Both the position numbers and the translations under genes were made by a program. From a virus (lineage: Duplodnaviria > Caudoviricetes), in the IMG/VR virus record IMGVR_UViG_3300049491_000401, positions 1 to 50,753 of that record: 50,753 nucleotides of DNA. One strand, written 5' to 3'. Below, piece after piece: positions 1-7,711 of the stretch. Positions within the stretch are counted from its first letter, which is position 1, and the number at the start of each line of letters is the position of its first letter. The notes below the pieces were generated by a model, which saw nothing but the letters and a program-made list of their open reading frames with translations, made no database searches and was not told where the DNA came from.

Positions 1-127
1 GCGACCGGGGCTCGAAGCCGCTCTCGAAGCGTGTCGGCCCGGCGACACTCTGACGGTCTGGAAGTTCGATCGATTGAGCCGGAACGCGCTCGACATGATC
101 ACCATGCTGGAGGAGTGCAAAGTGCGT
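1..127. repeat. Terminal direct repeat, identical to 50627-50753 (circular assembly overlap)
   Basis: 127 nt exact match between the two ends; a reading frame continues across the junction. Confidence 0.97.
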
Positions 128-472
128 GGCGTTGGGTTGCGTAGTATCACGGAACCGTTCGATACGAACGACTACATGGGTCGGTTCATGTTCCAGCTAT
201 CCGGCCTGTTGTCGGAGCTGGAGGTGGGGTCGACATCGAAGCGGACGACGCGCGGCATTGAGGCTCTACGGGCCGAAGGGCACACGTGGGGGCCGCCTCG
301 GAAGATGACAGAAAAGCAAGTGCAGACGGCCATCAAGCTGCTCCAGGGCGGCAAAACGCCAATCGATGTGGCCAAGAAATTCAATGTGAGCGGCACGACG
401 CTACGCGAGAAAGTTCTCGAAGCGACGGGCGGCAAGAAGCTCTGGCCATCGGGGCCAAGAGCGAAACGGTGA
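1..472 (+). CDS. Small serine recombinase (resolvase/invertase), C-terminal part; gene starts at 50454 and wraps the origin (about 214 aa)
   Basis: PGDTLTVWKFDRLSRN motif, helix E region, C-terminal HTH (TPIDVAKKFNVSGTTL). Confidence 0.93.
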   Translation, partial: RPGLEAALEACRPGDTLTVWKFDRLSRNALDMITMLEECKVRGVGLRSITEPFDTNDYMGRFMFQLSGLLSELEVGSTSKRTTRGIEALRAEGHTWGPPRKMTEKQVQTAIKLLQGGKTPIDVAKKFNVSGTTLREKVLEATGGKKLWPSGPRAKR

Positions 473-553
473 AGGAGCCGATGCGACATGGCGTGGACGC
501 TGTCTCGATCTCCGATATTTGTTCAACCCCGAGAAAACGAGTGAGGCTGGGCC

Positions 554-811
554 GTGACCTATACCCCGTGCGCGAGCGGCATCCACATTTGCGGATTGAC
601 TGCCAATGAGGACGAATTCCTGACCGTGGCCAATTTTCCAGGCGTCACGCGTGACGCATTTGAGGCCGCGCGCAATGCCTGCGCATTGAGCGACCATGAC
701 GATTTTGATCTCGTCGTAGACTGGATGGTGGGCGGGGATATCGTCGAGGATTTTGGTATGCGGCGACAGCAGCTGGACGATTTGCGCCGCATCGTTGCAA
801 GAAGAGATTGA
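554..811 (+). CDS. Hypothetical protein
   Basis: GTG start after GAGG; fits the operon between neighbours. Confidence 0.6.
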   Translation: MTYTPCASGIHICGLTANEDEFLTVANFPGVTRDAFEAARNACALSDHDDFDLVVDWMVGGDIVEDFGMRRQQLDDLRRIVARRD

Positions 812-822
812 GGAGCCGAGAC

Positions 823-1176
823 ATGGCAGCACGCGGCGTACTTCGAACGATGGGTGACGGGCTGGTCGGTTTTCACTGCCCCGGCTGCGATGAGATGCAC
901 ATGGTCAACACCGATGTCGTGGACCGGCCGAACCACCCGGCATGGGACTTCGACGGCAACTTCGACGCGCCGACGTTCTCGCCGTCGATCAACGTCACGG
1001 GCGTGCGCCGGACCACCGAGGACGAGTACGCACGCATCATGGCCGGCGAGAGGATCGATCCGACCCCGCGCGTCTGCCACTCGTACGTGCGCGCTGGCGC
1101 GATCCAGTTTTTCGGAGACTGCACCCACGCCCTCGCCGGGCAGACGGTGCAGCTCAAACCCTTCAACACGGATTAG
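823..1176 (+). CDS. DUF6527-like protein
   Basis: CPGC..H, WDFDGNFDAPTFSPSI, CHSYVRAG..F.GDCTH pattern; RBS GAGGAG. Confidence 0.7.
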   Translation: MAARGVLRTMGDGLVGFHCPGCDEMHMVNTDVVDRPNHPAWDFDGNFDAPTFSPSINVTGVRRTTEDEYARIMAGERIDPTPRVCHSYVRAGAIQFFGDCTHALAGQTVQLKPFNTD

Positions 1177-1185
1177 GAGGGCGCG

Positions 1186-1581
1186 GTGACCCAGTGGCAC
1201 ACTGAGACTTGTTGCGAGTGCAAGACGCAGTTCGCGATGACGACCGAGCTGTATAATATCGCGCGGCAGCGATGCGAGAAGATGCAGTTCTACTGCCCTC
1301 ACGGGCATGCACAGCACTACGTTCGCGGCGAAAGCGAACTGGATAAAATGCGCCGCGAGAGAGACCGCGCCGTACAAGATCAAGCACGACTTGAGATCGA
1401 AAGAGACGTGGCGCGGGCAGAGGTTGACAAGGCGGCCAAATCGATCAAGCGGATGAAAAAGAGGGCGAACGCTGGTGTCTGCCCGTGCTGCAACCGCACG
1501 TTCTCAAACATGGGGGCGCACATGAAAACGCAGCACCCAGATTACGAGAGTGAAAACGTGGTAAAACTCAAGAGAGTATAG
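1186..1581 (+). CDS. Zinc-finger/coiled-coil protein
   Basis: CCEC, CPHGH, coiled coil, C-terminal CPCC-x-H-x4-H; RBS AGGAGG. Confidence 0.75.
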   Translation: MTQWHTETCCECKTQFAMTTELYNIARQRCEKMQFYCPHGHAQHYVRGESELDKMRRERDRAVQDQARLEIERDVARAEVDKAAKSIKRMKKRANAGVCPCCNRTFSNMGAHMKTQHPDYESENVVKLKRV

Positions 1582-1589
1582 GAGCCAAC

Positions 1590-2165
1590 ATGCGCAAGCC
1601 AATATTATGCCTGGACTTCGACGGCGTAATCCACAGCTACGCGAGCGGGTGGAAGGGGGCCGACATCATTCCTGATCCGCCCGTTGCTGGCGTTGCTGAT
1701 TTCATCGTCACCGCTCAAGAGCATTTCACGGTCGTGGTGCATAGCAGCCGCAGCTGTCAGCCTGGCGGCGTCGAAGCCATGAAGCGCTACGTGCACAAGA
1801 TCTCTGTCGACGGCGATCATGATGGATCGGCTTTCGATGCCGTCCAGTGGCCGACCGAAAAACCTCCCGCTCAGGTCACGATCGACGATCGTGCGTTGAC
1901 GTTCAACGGCACTTGGCCGCGCATCGAAGACCTGAAGGCTTTTCAGCCATGGAACAAGCGCATCGTCGGAGCTACCGGCGATCATCCTCAAGGCCGTCTG
2001 ACGAAGGACGACGAGGGCGGCTTGAAGATGGCGATTGGCACGAAGGACGGCGTCGTTCAAGTTCACTTCGGCAAGGAAGTCGCATGGCTCGGGCTGGACC
2101 GCGCGACGGCCATTGCACTCGGGAATAACCTCATCAAGCACGCCCGCACATTGGCCGTGCACTAA
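1590..2165 (+). CDS. HAD-superfamily phosphatase-like protein with an extra C-terminal domain
   Basis: LDFDGVIH (motif I), SSR, EKPP..TIDDR (motifs III/IV); RBS AGGAG. Confidence 0.8.
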   Translation: MRKPILCLDFDGVIHSYASGWKGADIIPDPPVAGVADFIVTAQEHFTVVVHSSRSCQPGGVEAMKRYVHKISVDGDHDGSAFDAVQWPTEKPPAQVTIDDRALTFNGTWPRIEDLKAFQPWNKRIVGATGDHPQGRLTKDDEGGLKMAIGTKDGVVQVHFGKEVAWLGLDRATAIALGNNLIKHARTLAVH

Positions 2166-2185
2166 GCAATAGCAGGAGGCGCGAC

Positions 2186-2377
2186 ATGGAAGCCCTGAGT
2201 GGATTGTGCCTCGGTGGACCCCTGGATGGAAAACGACTTGACCACTACGGGCCGCGATATCGAGTACCACTCTCGCAGCCTCTGGCAGATTTCCGTGTGA
2301 GCAATGCTGCGGAGATCGCCCGTGTTGATGTGGAGGTGTTTGAGTACGTGTTTCACCGCCTGCCCATCAAGGGTTAG
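2186..2377 (+). CDS. Hypothetical protein (GGPLDG motif)
   Basis: RBS AGGAGG; last gene of the rightward run. Confidence 0.65.
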   Translation: MEALSGLCLGGPLDGKRLDHYGPRYRVPLSQPLADFRVSNAAEIARVDVEVFEYVFHRLPIKG

Positions 2378-2473
2378 CAATTTTGGATGCCTGCACAAGT
2401 GCTGTCGCGGCGCGGAAAGTTCGAGCAGAGACACTACGACCATCCCGACGACTTTGAGGTCCGGGCGTGTGCT

Positions 2474-2785
2474 CTACCTTCCCCATGCTCTATGCCTCCT
2501 GAACTCTTTTGGGACGAGATGCTTGGTGTAGCTGCGGCGGATCTTTCCGCCCGTGGCGTGGTCCTCGGATGTCTTCCCGGTGTGGCACCACGTGCACAGG
2601 ACTTGCAGATTGTCGTCCTCATCCGTGCCGCCCGCCTCAAGGGCCGTACGGTGGTCCAAATCCCATCGGTCAGCAGGGCCTAGTTTGCGTGTGCACTTGG
2701 CGCACTTGCCGCCGCACTCTGCAAACAGCTTGGCCCGCTCTTGAGCCGTGCGAGCCCGGCGCTTGTCGTGGACAAAGGCGCTCAT
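2474..2785 (-). CDS. HNH endonuclease
   Basis: CAKC...DLDHRTALEAGGTDEDDNLQVLCTWCH. Confidence 0.9.
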   Translation of the reverse strand: MSAFVHDKRRARTAQERAKLFAECGGKCAKCTRKLGPADRWDLDHRTALEAGGTDEDDNLQVLCTWCHTGKTSEDHATGGKIRRSYTKHLVPKEFRRHRAWGR

Positions 2786-3264
2786 GCTGCCCCCTCATGC
2801 TCTTGCATCAGTTGCGCCGGGTCGAGGCCAGTCTCAGCCCGGATCACGTCTTCGACTTCCGCGAATAAGCCGATCGCTTCCATATGGCTCATTTTGTCGA
2901 ATGCTATGCTTTTTGGTTTCCAGATGATAATCTGGTCTTTGTGAAACGTCGGGAAAGCATAAGAGCCAACGGCACGGACGGCCACAGTTACGAGAAATTC
3001 GGCTTGCTCTTTTCGAATTCCGGAGAGAGGAATTGACGCAGCTATTTCTCGATGTCCGGCCTTCATTTGGAGAAATTTTCGAAGCTCCTCAGAGCTTGAG
3101 AATTGTCGATCGTTGTTAATCGGCCAATGCGAATATAGTACACGCGTCATCGCGAAATAGCGCTTCAAATGCGGCACGCTTCGGCGTTCATCTGGTAATT
3201 CTTGTGAGCATCCGCAGATGTGGCATTTGGGGCGTTTCGGTTTGGCGCGTTCTGAAATGCTCAT
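2782..3264 (-). CDS. DUF1367/NinB-like recombination-associated protein
   Basis: RSVPHLKRYFAM...LQMKAGH...PKSIAFDKM pattern; adjacent to HNH; lower GC. Confidence 0.55.
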   Translation of the reverse strand: MSISERAKPKRPKCHICGCSQELPDERRSVPHLKRYFAMTRVLYSHWPINNDRQFSSSEELRKFLQMKAGHREIAASIPLSGIRKEQAEFLVTVAVRAVGSYAFPTFHKDQIIIWKPKSIAFDKMSHMEAIGLFAEVEDVIRAETGLDPAQLMQEHEGAA

Positions 3265-3521
3265 GAGTCGGTCCTGTTCCGCTCTAGTCGAGCAATGACA
3301 GCAAGAGTCTGCTGCATATCCAGACGCAACGCAGTCGGCATGTGATCGATAGTCATCGCCGCGGCAAAGGTCGTCAGGACGCGCTTGCAGGCTAGAACGT
3401 CGTCAGCCGTAGCCAGCGCCTGAGCGGCTGCTTGAGCCACAGCATGGCTGCTACCGCCTTCGTGATGGTAGCGCTTCAGCGCTACCTGAAAGTTTTTGTC
3501 GATCACGATTTGAGTTGTCAC
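3261..3521 (-). CDS. Hypothetical protein
   Basis: GTG start overlapping the upstream stop; 3' part of the 3261-3866 ORF. Confidence 0.55.
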   Translation of the reverse strand: MTTQIVIDKNFQVALKRYHHEGGSSHAVAQAAAQALATADDVLACKRVLTTFAAAMTIDHMPTALRLDMQQTLAVIARLERNRTDS

Positions 3522-3682
3522 GGAGCCGACCTCACGAGCTTTGGAATGGGCAGGCGGATGGATTTCACAACCTCCACCGGAGGTTCCAGATTGCCGGGCG
3601 GGCCGAGAAATGCGACTGTCCCCAGAAACCCGACCAGGGCGCACACCGCGAAGGCCAGCCCATAGCGCTTGACATCGCTCAT
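3518..3682 (-). CDS. Small membrane protein
   Basis: One hydrophobic segment; ATGA coupling to the upstream gene. Confidence 0.55.
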   Translation of the reverse strand: MSDVKRYGLAFAVCALVGFLGTVAFLGPPGNLEPPVEVVKSIRLPIPKLVRSAP

Positions 3683-4017
3683 GACTGCACCCGATCTTCC
3701 GGAACCGTCGCCATGATCCCGCACGATTTAACGGCATCGACCATCTGGGCTTGCAACCGCCGGAGCTGTTCCGTGATCTCCGCCCGGCGCTGGCGAATGT
3801 CGCCTTGCATGGCCTCGCTCTCGCGCTCGACTTCCTGAAAGGCCAGCAGCAGCTTGTGCTCATCACCCTCGACGGAAATGAGCTTGCCTTGCAGATCCCG
3901 GATCGCCTTTGCCAGCTTGTCGAGGCCGGGCATGGTTACGACTTTTTCGTCAGGGGCTGACGTCTTTTGGTTGGCCACTCGTTCGAGGATGTCTGTCAAA
4001 TTCCAATTGAGAGCCAT
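3679..4017 (-). CDS. Coiled-coil hypothetical protein
   Basis: ORF with heptad character in the coupled operon. Confidence 0.65.
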   Translation of the reverse strand: MALNWNLTDILERVANQKTSAPDEKVVTMPGLDKLAKAIRDLQGKLISVEGDEHKLLLAFQEVERESEAMQGDIRQRRAEITEQLRRLQAQMVDAVKSCGIMATVPEDRVQS

Positions 4018-4059
4018 ATCGGTTACATCGCCCGTTTCTTGCGTTTCTTGCCGCTGCGC

Positions 4060-4209
4060 TTAGATGCCGGCGGCATTGCCGGAGTGACGCCGTTCGCTCG
4101 CCGCGCATCTAGGACACAGCACGGGAAACCCTTGGGGTGGGCCATCGTTAAACTCACCACACTGAGGGCGCATCTCACCCTCCAGCATCATGTCGGCTAT
4201 CTCTCCCAT
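4060..4209 (-). CDS. Small Cys-containing phage protein (MGEIADMMLEG..., 49 aa)
   Basis: Translated by hand; fills the gap after the ERF gene. Confidence 0.5.
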   Translation of the reverse strand: MGEIADMMLEGEMRPQCGEFNDGPPQGFPVLCPRCAASERRHSGNAAGI

Positions 4210-4215
4210 ATCCGG

Positions 4216-4959
4216 TTACTCCGCTGCTTGAGGGGTGGCGTCGCCGAGGTCTTGCATCCGATCGGCATATTCATCGTCCAGAATTTCAACCCATCGTGCG
4301 GGAGCCGTCGCCCATTCGTCGGCGTAGCTTAAGCGGATGAACCTCAGCCCCTCGACATCGCCCGCACCCTTGATGTGTCGGCGGATCTCGTTGAAAGCCC
4401 TGTCCGTCCCGTCCTTCTTGGCTGCACTGGAAGACTTACGTTTCTTGGTCTCATTCAGCGCGAGAAGGTCTTCCTCATTGTCGGCTTGGGGCATACTGTC
4501 GAGGTCAAGATCGCCCGTGGGAATCTTGAACAGAGACCGTAAATAGGCCTTCTCGACGTAGGATTGAGCGGCCTGGAATGTCTGCGGGCCCGTCACTTGG
4601 ATGAACAGCGTGCGCCTCGATCGCGGGTCGTGCCACGTCGCATCCTCGGTCGCGAGCAGGAAGGAAAACACGGCTTTGAGCCATTGGCTGGTTTTGCCGT
4701 CCTTTTCGATGCGGACCGTCTCGGCATGCTCCTCCAGCGGAAGGATCATCAGCCCGACCTCGCCAAGCTTGCGCGTAACGGCCGCATAGATGTCGTCGGC
4801 ACTGGCGAACATGTAGTTGCCATGCAGATTCTTTGTGGACTTGGATACCGCCCCCATCGTGGCTTGAACGCGGCATACGGCCTTGACGATCGACGGCGGC
4901 ATAGCCGTGACACTCGGGCGTGAAATCGTTTCGTTCTCTGGAAAGAATCGACTCATCAT
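4216..4959 (-). CDS. erf: ERF-family single-strand annealing protein
   Basis: KN.HGNYMFASADDI and AAQSY.EKAYLRSLF.I.TGD motifs; RBS GGGAGG. Confidence 0.8.
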   Translation of the reverse strand: MMSRFFPENETISRPSVTAMPPSIVKAVCRVQATMGAVSKSTKNLHGNYMFASADDIYAAVTRKLGEVGLMILPLEEHAETVRIEKDGKTSQWLKAVFSFLLATEDATWHDPRSRRTLFIQVTGPQTFQAAQSYVEKAYLRSLFKIPTGDLDLDSMPQADNEEDLLALNETKKRKSSSAAKKDGTDRAFNEIRRHIKGAGDVEGLRFIRLSYADEWATAPARWVEILDDEYADRMQDLGDATPQAAE

Positions 4960-5034
4960 CCCCTCCCGATCAGCTTGACAGTTCCGGCGGCAATCGCCAG
5001 AGACAGCGCGACGAACATCACCCAGCCCTCTATC

Positions 5035-5253
5035 TCACCCATTCCGAGCCCTCTCGATCAAATAAGCCGCCCGAGCCCGGTCGGTGTGGCGCTTCTTTTT
5101 CTGCACATCCTGCCAGATCACGCGGTTGATGAGCGTCCGATCAAGGCCGGTTTTTCGGTGGATCGAATTTTTGCTCATGCCTGCATCGCGAAGCTGGAGG
5201 ATTTTCATGTTCCGCTTTTTCAGGTAGTGTGGATCTGCTAAAACACACGACAT
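5035..5253 (-). CDS. Small HTH protein
   Basis: GMSKNSIHRKTGLDRTLINRVI; RBS AAGGAGG. Confidence 0.65.
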   Translation of the reverse strand: MSCVLADPHYLKKRNMKILQLRDAGMSKNSIHRKTGLDRTLINRVIWQDVQKKKRHTDRARAAYLIERARNG

Positions 5254-5263
5254 GTTGACCTCC

Positions 5264-5578
5264 TTACGCCGCTTGAGACTCCGCCGCCGCATGCTGTGCC
5301 GCCAATCGGCGCTCTGGATATTCGTCCGCCCATTTCCGCCGGATATGAGCCTCCCAATCCAATTGGATATGAGCGATCAAGCGGGCCGCGAATTCCGCTT
5401 CGAACAGGCAAACGCTTCCGCCACGTGCCGGAAATGGCCGGTCATTGATCCTTAAATTGCTGACGTAGACCCGCCCATGACGGACCTCGGCTTCTGCCGT
5501 CAGTCCCGGAATGAGAATCGCGAATTTCTCGCCGGTCGAGTCCATCAAATACACGTCGTCATCGAGTTCGAGTTGCAT
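5264..5578 (-). CDS. Hypothetical protein
   Basis: ATG at 5578 with RBS AGGAGG. Confidence 0.7.
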   Translation of the reverse strand: MQLELDDDVYLMDSTGEKFAILIPGLTAEAEVRHGRVYVSNLRINDRPFPARGGSVCLFEAEFAARLIAHIQLDWEAHIRRKWADEYPERRLAAQHAAAESQAA

Positions 5579-5589
5579 GGTTTGCCTCC

Positions 5590-5915
5590 TGAGTTTCTCC
5601 ATCCGGGGAGCAGCAATTGCCCTCGCCACTCCCCGGAACCGGCCCCCGCCGAAAAAACGAACGAGAGAAAGTTGTCTGCCACCTGTCGGGACCAAACCGG
5701 CACCATTGCCCTCTCTCTCGTCCTCCAGAACACCTTCCGAGCCTCGCCGACCGGCAAGGGCGCCACGTAACGGGCGTGGCCGTCTGCCCACTCGGATTTC
5801 ATCAGACCCGTTCCCCGACTATCCCGTGGGGTCCATTGCCGGGACTGGCTGGGCTTCCCACTTTCCGGCGAGGCCCGGACGGTACTCTGGAGGACGCCTA
5901 GCGCAGCGGCGCTAG
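5590..5915 (-). ncRNA. Candidate large structured non-coding RNA
   Basis: 31-bp stem (5866-5896 with 5719-5749; 30 pairs including 3 G-U on the minus strand), several further stems, no credible ORF. Confidence 0.7.
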
Positions 5916-5931
5916 ACCGTCGTCGCCGCGT

Positions 5932-6069
5932 CTACTTGGCACCCTCCCGGCGCTGGCGGGCGCGCTTGAACATGGGGCGGGTGAAGAACCCGAGGATGAG
6001 AAATCCGGCCATTCCCGCCGATCCGCCTAGAACGACGGCCGCGAAGATTTTGAGATAGTAAGCCGTCAT
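5932..6069 (-). CDS. Small membrane protein
   Basis: Hydrophobic helix plus basic tail; ATGA overlap with the pentapeptide gene. Confidence 0.6.
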   Translation of the reverse strand: MTAYYLKIFAAVVLGGSAGMAGFLILGFFTRPMFKRARQRREGAK

Positions 6070-6659
6070 GACGCGGCCTCGGCTTTGATGGCTTTGTCTG
6101 GCTGCGGCTGCTCTTCCAGCCAATCGATAGCCCGTAGGTACATTGCCGCCAGAGGCCGGGAGCCGCTCGCGGACGCATTTGTCCGGTAGTGAGCGCGCGC
6201 CTCCTCGATCGTAAACCATCGGCACCCGGCCGCGATTTTCCAGAGGTCACCTTGCCAAACAGCGACGGGTCGATACCCGCGCTCGTCACCGACCGGCAAA
6301 CAAATGATGCCGGTGGCGCGCCAGAGGCTGGCACCGTGGAGGCTGGCACCGTCGAGGCTGGCACCGACGAGGCTGGCACCGACGAGGCTGGCACCGACGA
6401 GGCTGGCACCGACGAGGCTGGCACCGTCTAGGCTGGCACCGTCGAGGCTGGCACCGTCGAGGCGGGCACGGCCGAGGCGGGCACGGTCGAGGCTGGCACC
6501 GTGGAGGCGGGCACCGTCGAGGCGGGCACCGTCGAGGCGGGCACCGTCGAGGCGGGCACCGTCGAGGCGGGCACGGTCCGGATCAAGATAATCTGTCATG
6601 CCGCGATCAATCCAAGCCGCATGGCGTTTCAGGATTTCATAGAGTTCTGTTTTTGTCAT
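6066..6659 (-). CDS. Pentapeptide-repeat protein
   Basis: About 17 A(R/S)L(D/V/H/G)(G/R) units followed by an AGCRWFT..EA..H C-terminal domain. Confidence 0.92.
   Translation of the reverse strand: MTKTELYEILKRHAAWIDRGMTDYLDPDRARLDGARLDGARLDGARLDGARLHGASLDRARLGRARLDGASLDGASLDGASLVGASLVGASLVGASLVGASLDGASLHGASLWRATGIICLPVGDERGYRPVAVWQGDLWKIAAGCRWFTIEEARAHYRTNASASGSRPLAAMYLRAIDWLEEQPQPDKAIKAEAAS
6324..6576. repeat. 15-bp tandem repeat encoding the pentapeptides
   Basis: Units such as GAGGCTGGCACCGAC and GAGGCGGGCACCGTC. Confidence 0.95.
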
Positions 6660-6729
6660 TTTTGCTTCCCTCACTCGGCTGGATCGATGACCGCTCGGCA
6701 TCCGCGGCCTCTCGTGAACCAGTCCAAAC

Positions 6730-6800
6730 CAGCAGCGCGGTCACGGTGGGGGGTCCACCCCGCTGAAGGCGCCCCGGAGAAAGGCGGGTCCGCGCTGCTG
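6730..6800 (-). promoter_or_regulatory. Structured 5' leader of the left operon
   Basis: Perfect 11-bp inverted repeat CAGCAGCGCGG/CCGCGCTGCTG closing 49 nt, just downstream of the predicted promoter. Confidence 0.6.
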
Positions 6801-6809
6801 ATGGCCGTA

Positions 6810-6838
6810 ACAATAAATTACGAACGAGGATGCGTCAA
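6810..6838 (-). promoter_or_regulatory. Leftward sigma70-type promoter (PL-like)
   Basis: TTGACG-17 nt-TATTGT on the minus strand, overlapped by the CGTAA-N7-TTACG inverted repeat. Confidence 0.7.
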
Positions 6839-6876
6839 CAACAATGTGCGGAAAAGTTACGCGATTTGTCAACGGC

Positions 6877-6885
6877 TGTGGATAA
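6877..6885 (-). promoter_or_regulatory. Consensus DnaA box TTATCCACA
   Basis: TGTGGATAA on the plus strand, intergenic, upstream of PL. Confidence 0.5.
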
Positions 6886-6913
6886 AGAGGACCGGATCGA
6901 CCTAGGCAATCAC

Positions 6914-7183
6914 CTAGGAATTAACGATAGGCGGTGCTGGTGATGGTCTGGGATTTGATGGCAATATCAGATCATTGGGTGTAATTTTGAGTATCGCGCA
7001 AATGCGAAGAAGCATCTCAAAGTTCGGCTCAACTTCGCCTCGCTCGTACCGCCTGTACCGAGCGCCCTCTATGCCTAAAAGTTGCGCGAGGTCTTCTCCT
7101 GAGGCATAGCCAGCGTCGGAGCGGGCCTCAGCAAGACGCCTCCCAAATTCACGCTTTATTCTGTCGTGTCGCGAAACCGCCAT
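6914..7183 (-). CDS. XRE-family HTH regulator (repressor-like, no peptidase domain)
   Basis: RLAEARSDAGY...YRRYERGEVEP...LKITPNDL. Confidence 0.88.
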   Translation of the reverse strand: MAVSRHDRIKREFGRRLAEARSDAGYASGEDLAQLLGIEGARYRRYERGEVEPNFEMLLRICAILKITPNDLILPSNPRPSPAPPIVNS

Positions 7184-7245
7184 GCGCCTTCATACATCGG
7201 GCGAAACTAATCCACACGTAACAGTGTAGCTATACGAGTTTGCCC

Positions 7246-7273
7246 TTGACTAGAACAGAAAGTTACGTAACAA
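7246..7273 (+). promoter_or_regulatory. Rightward promoter with palindromic operator GTTACGTAAC (7262-7271)
   Basis: TTGACT at 7246; palindrome over the -10 region; the -10 match itself is weak. Confidence 0.55.
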
Positions 7274-7281
7274 ATGGTTGC

Positions 7282-7563
7282 ATGATGAGCAGCAAGACCA
7301 TTACGGCTCGTGTAAACCGGATCTTCTCGGCTCGGCTCCGGGAGAAGCGGAAGATGTGCGGCTACAAATCCGCGGAATCATTTGCAACGGCCGTCGGAAT
7401 GAAACCTCATACGTATCGGCGCTATGAGCGCGGCACAGCGCAGCCCAGCCTCGTAGTTCTCGCGCGCATCTGCATGGAATTGGACGTAACGCCAAACGAC
7501 ATTTTGCCTGAGCCGAAGACAGTTTGGCACGAGGACGGATCACCCGTTCTTGCCGCCGCCTAG
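7282..7563 (+). CDS. XRE-family HTH regulator (Cro-like position)
   Basis: RLREKRKMCGY...YRRYERGTAQP...LDVTPNDIL; no RBS, possibly leaderless. Confidence 0.88.
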   Translation: MMSSKTITARVNRIFSARLREKRKMCGYKSAESFATAVGMKPHTYRRYERGTAQPSLVVLARICMELDVTPNDILPEPKTVWHEDGSPVLAAA

Positions 7564-7590
7564 GAACGCTGAGAAGCGCCCGCCTAACCC

Positions 7591-7690
7591 GTTCGTGTTG
7601 GGGTCCCCTGACACGAACTCCCCCTGTTCCGCGTCTGTAAAATTCATCGTGCCCGGTGCGTTCGCATTCACGGGACAGGGGACTTTTTTT
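7591..7690 (+). terminator. Structured intergenic RNA / atypical terminator
   Basis: Hairpin 7591-7618, then an 11-bp stem (7621-7631/7671-7681) closing 39 nt, followed by T7. Confidence 0.6.
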
Positions 7691-7711
7691 GTCAAAATTC
7701 CAGGAGGCAAC

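Noticed and set aside
1-127. Biological terminal repeat or att site
   Set aside because: The 127-nt length matches a common assembler k-mer and the repeat cuts through the middle of a gene; best read as a circular overlap
5545-5802. 85-aa minus-strand ORF across the structured region
   Set aside because: No clear RBS, no recognisable protein features, and it overlaps the next gene's RBS; RNA structure explains the sequence better
5750-5865. Hammerhead ribozyme (CUGAUGA and GAAA both present on the minus strand)
   Set aside because: The bases after CUGAUGA do not pair with those before GAAA, and stem III with its UH site cannot be formed
5760-5865. Cobalamin riboswitch (GGGAA, GAAAUCCG, GCCAC, GGGAAG, AGCCAG words)
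   Set aside because: The words are in the wrong order and the CCCCGC.ACUGU core is missing
6324-6576. CRISPR array or mini-array
   Set aside because: Contiguous 15-bp coding repeats with no spacers
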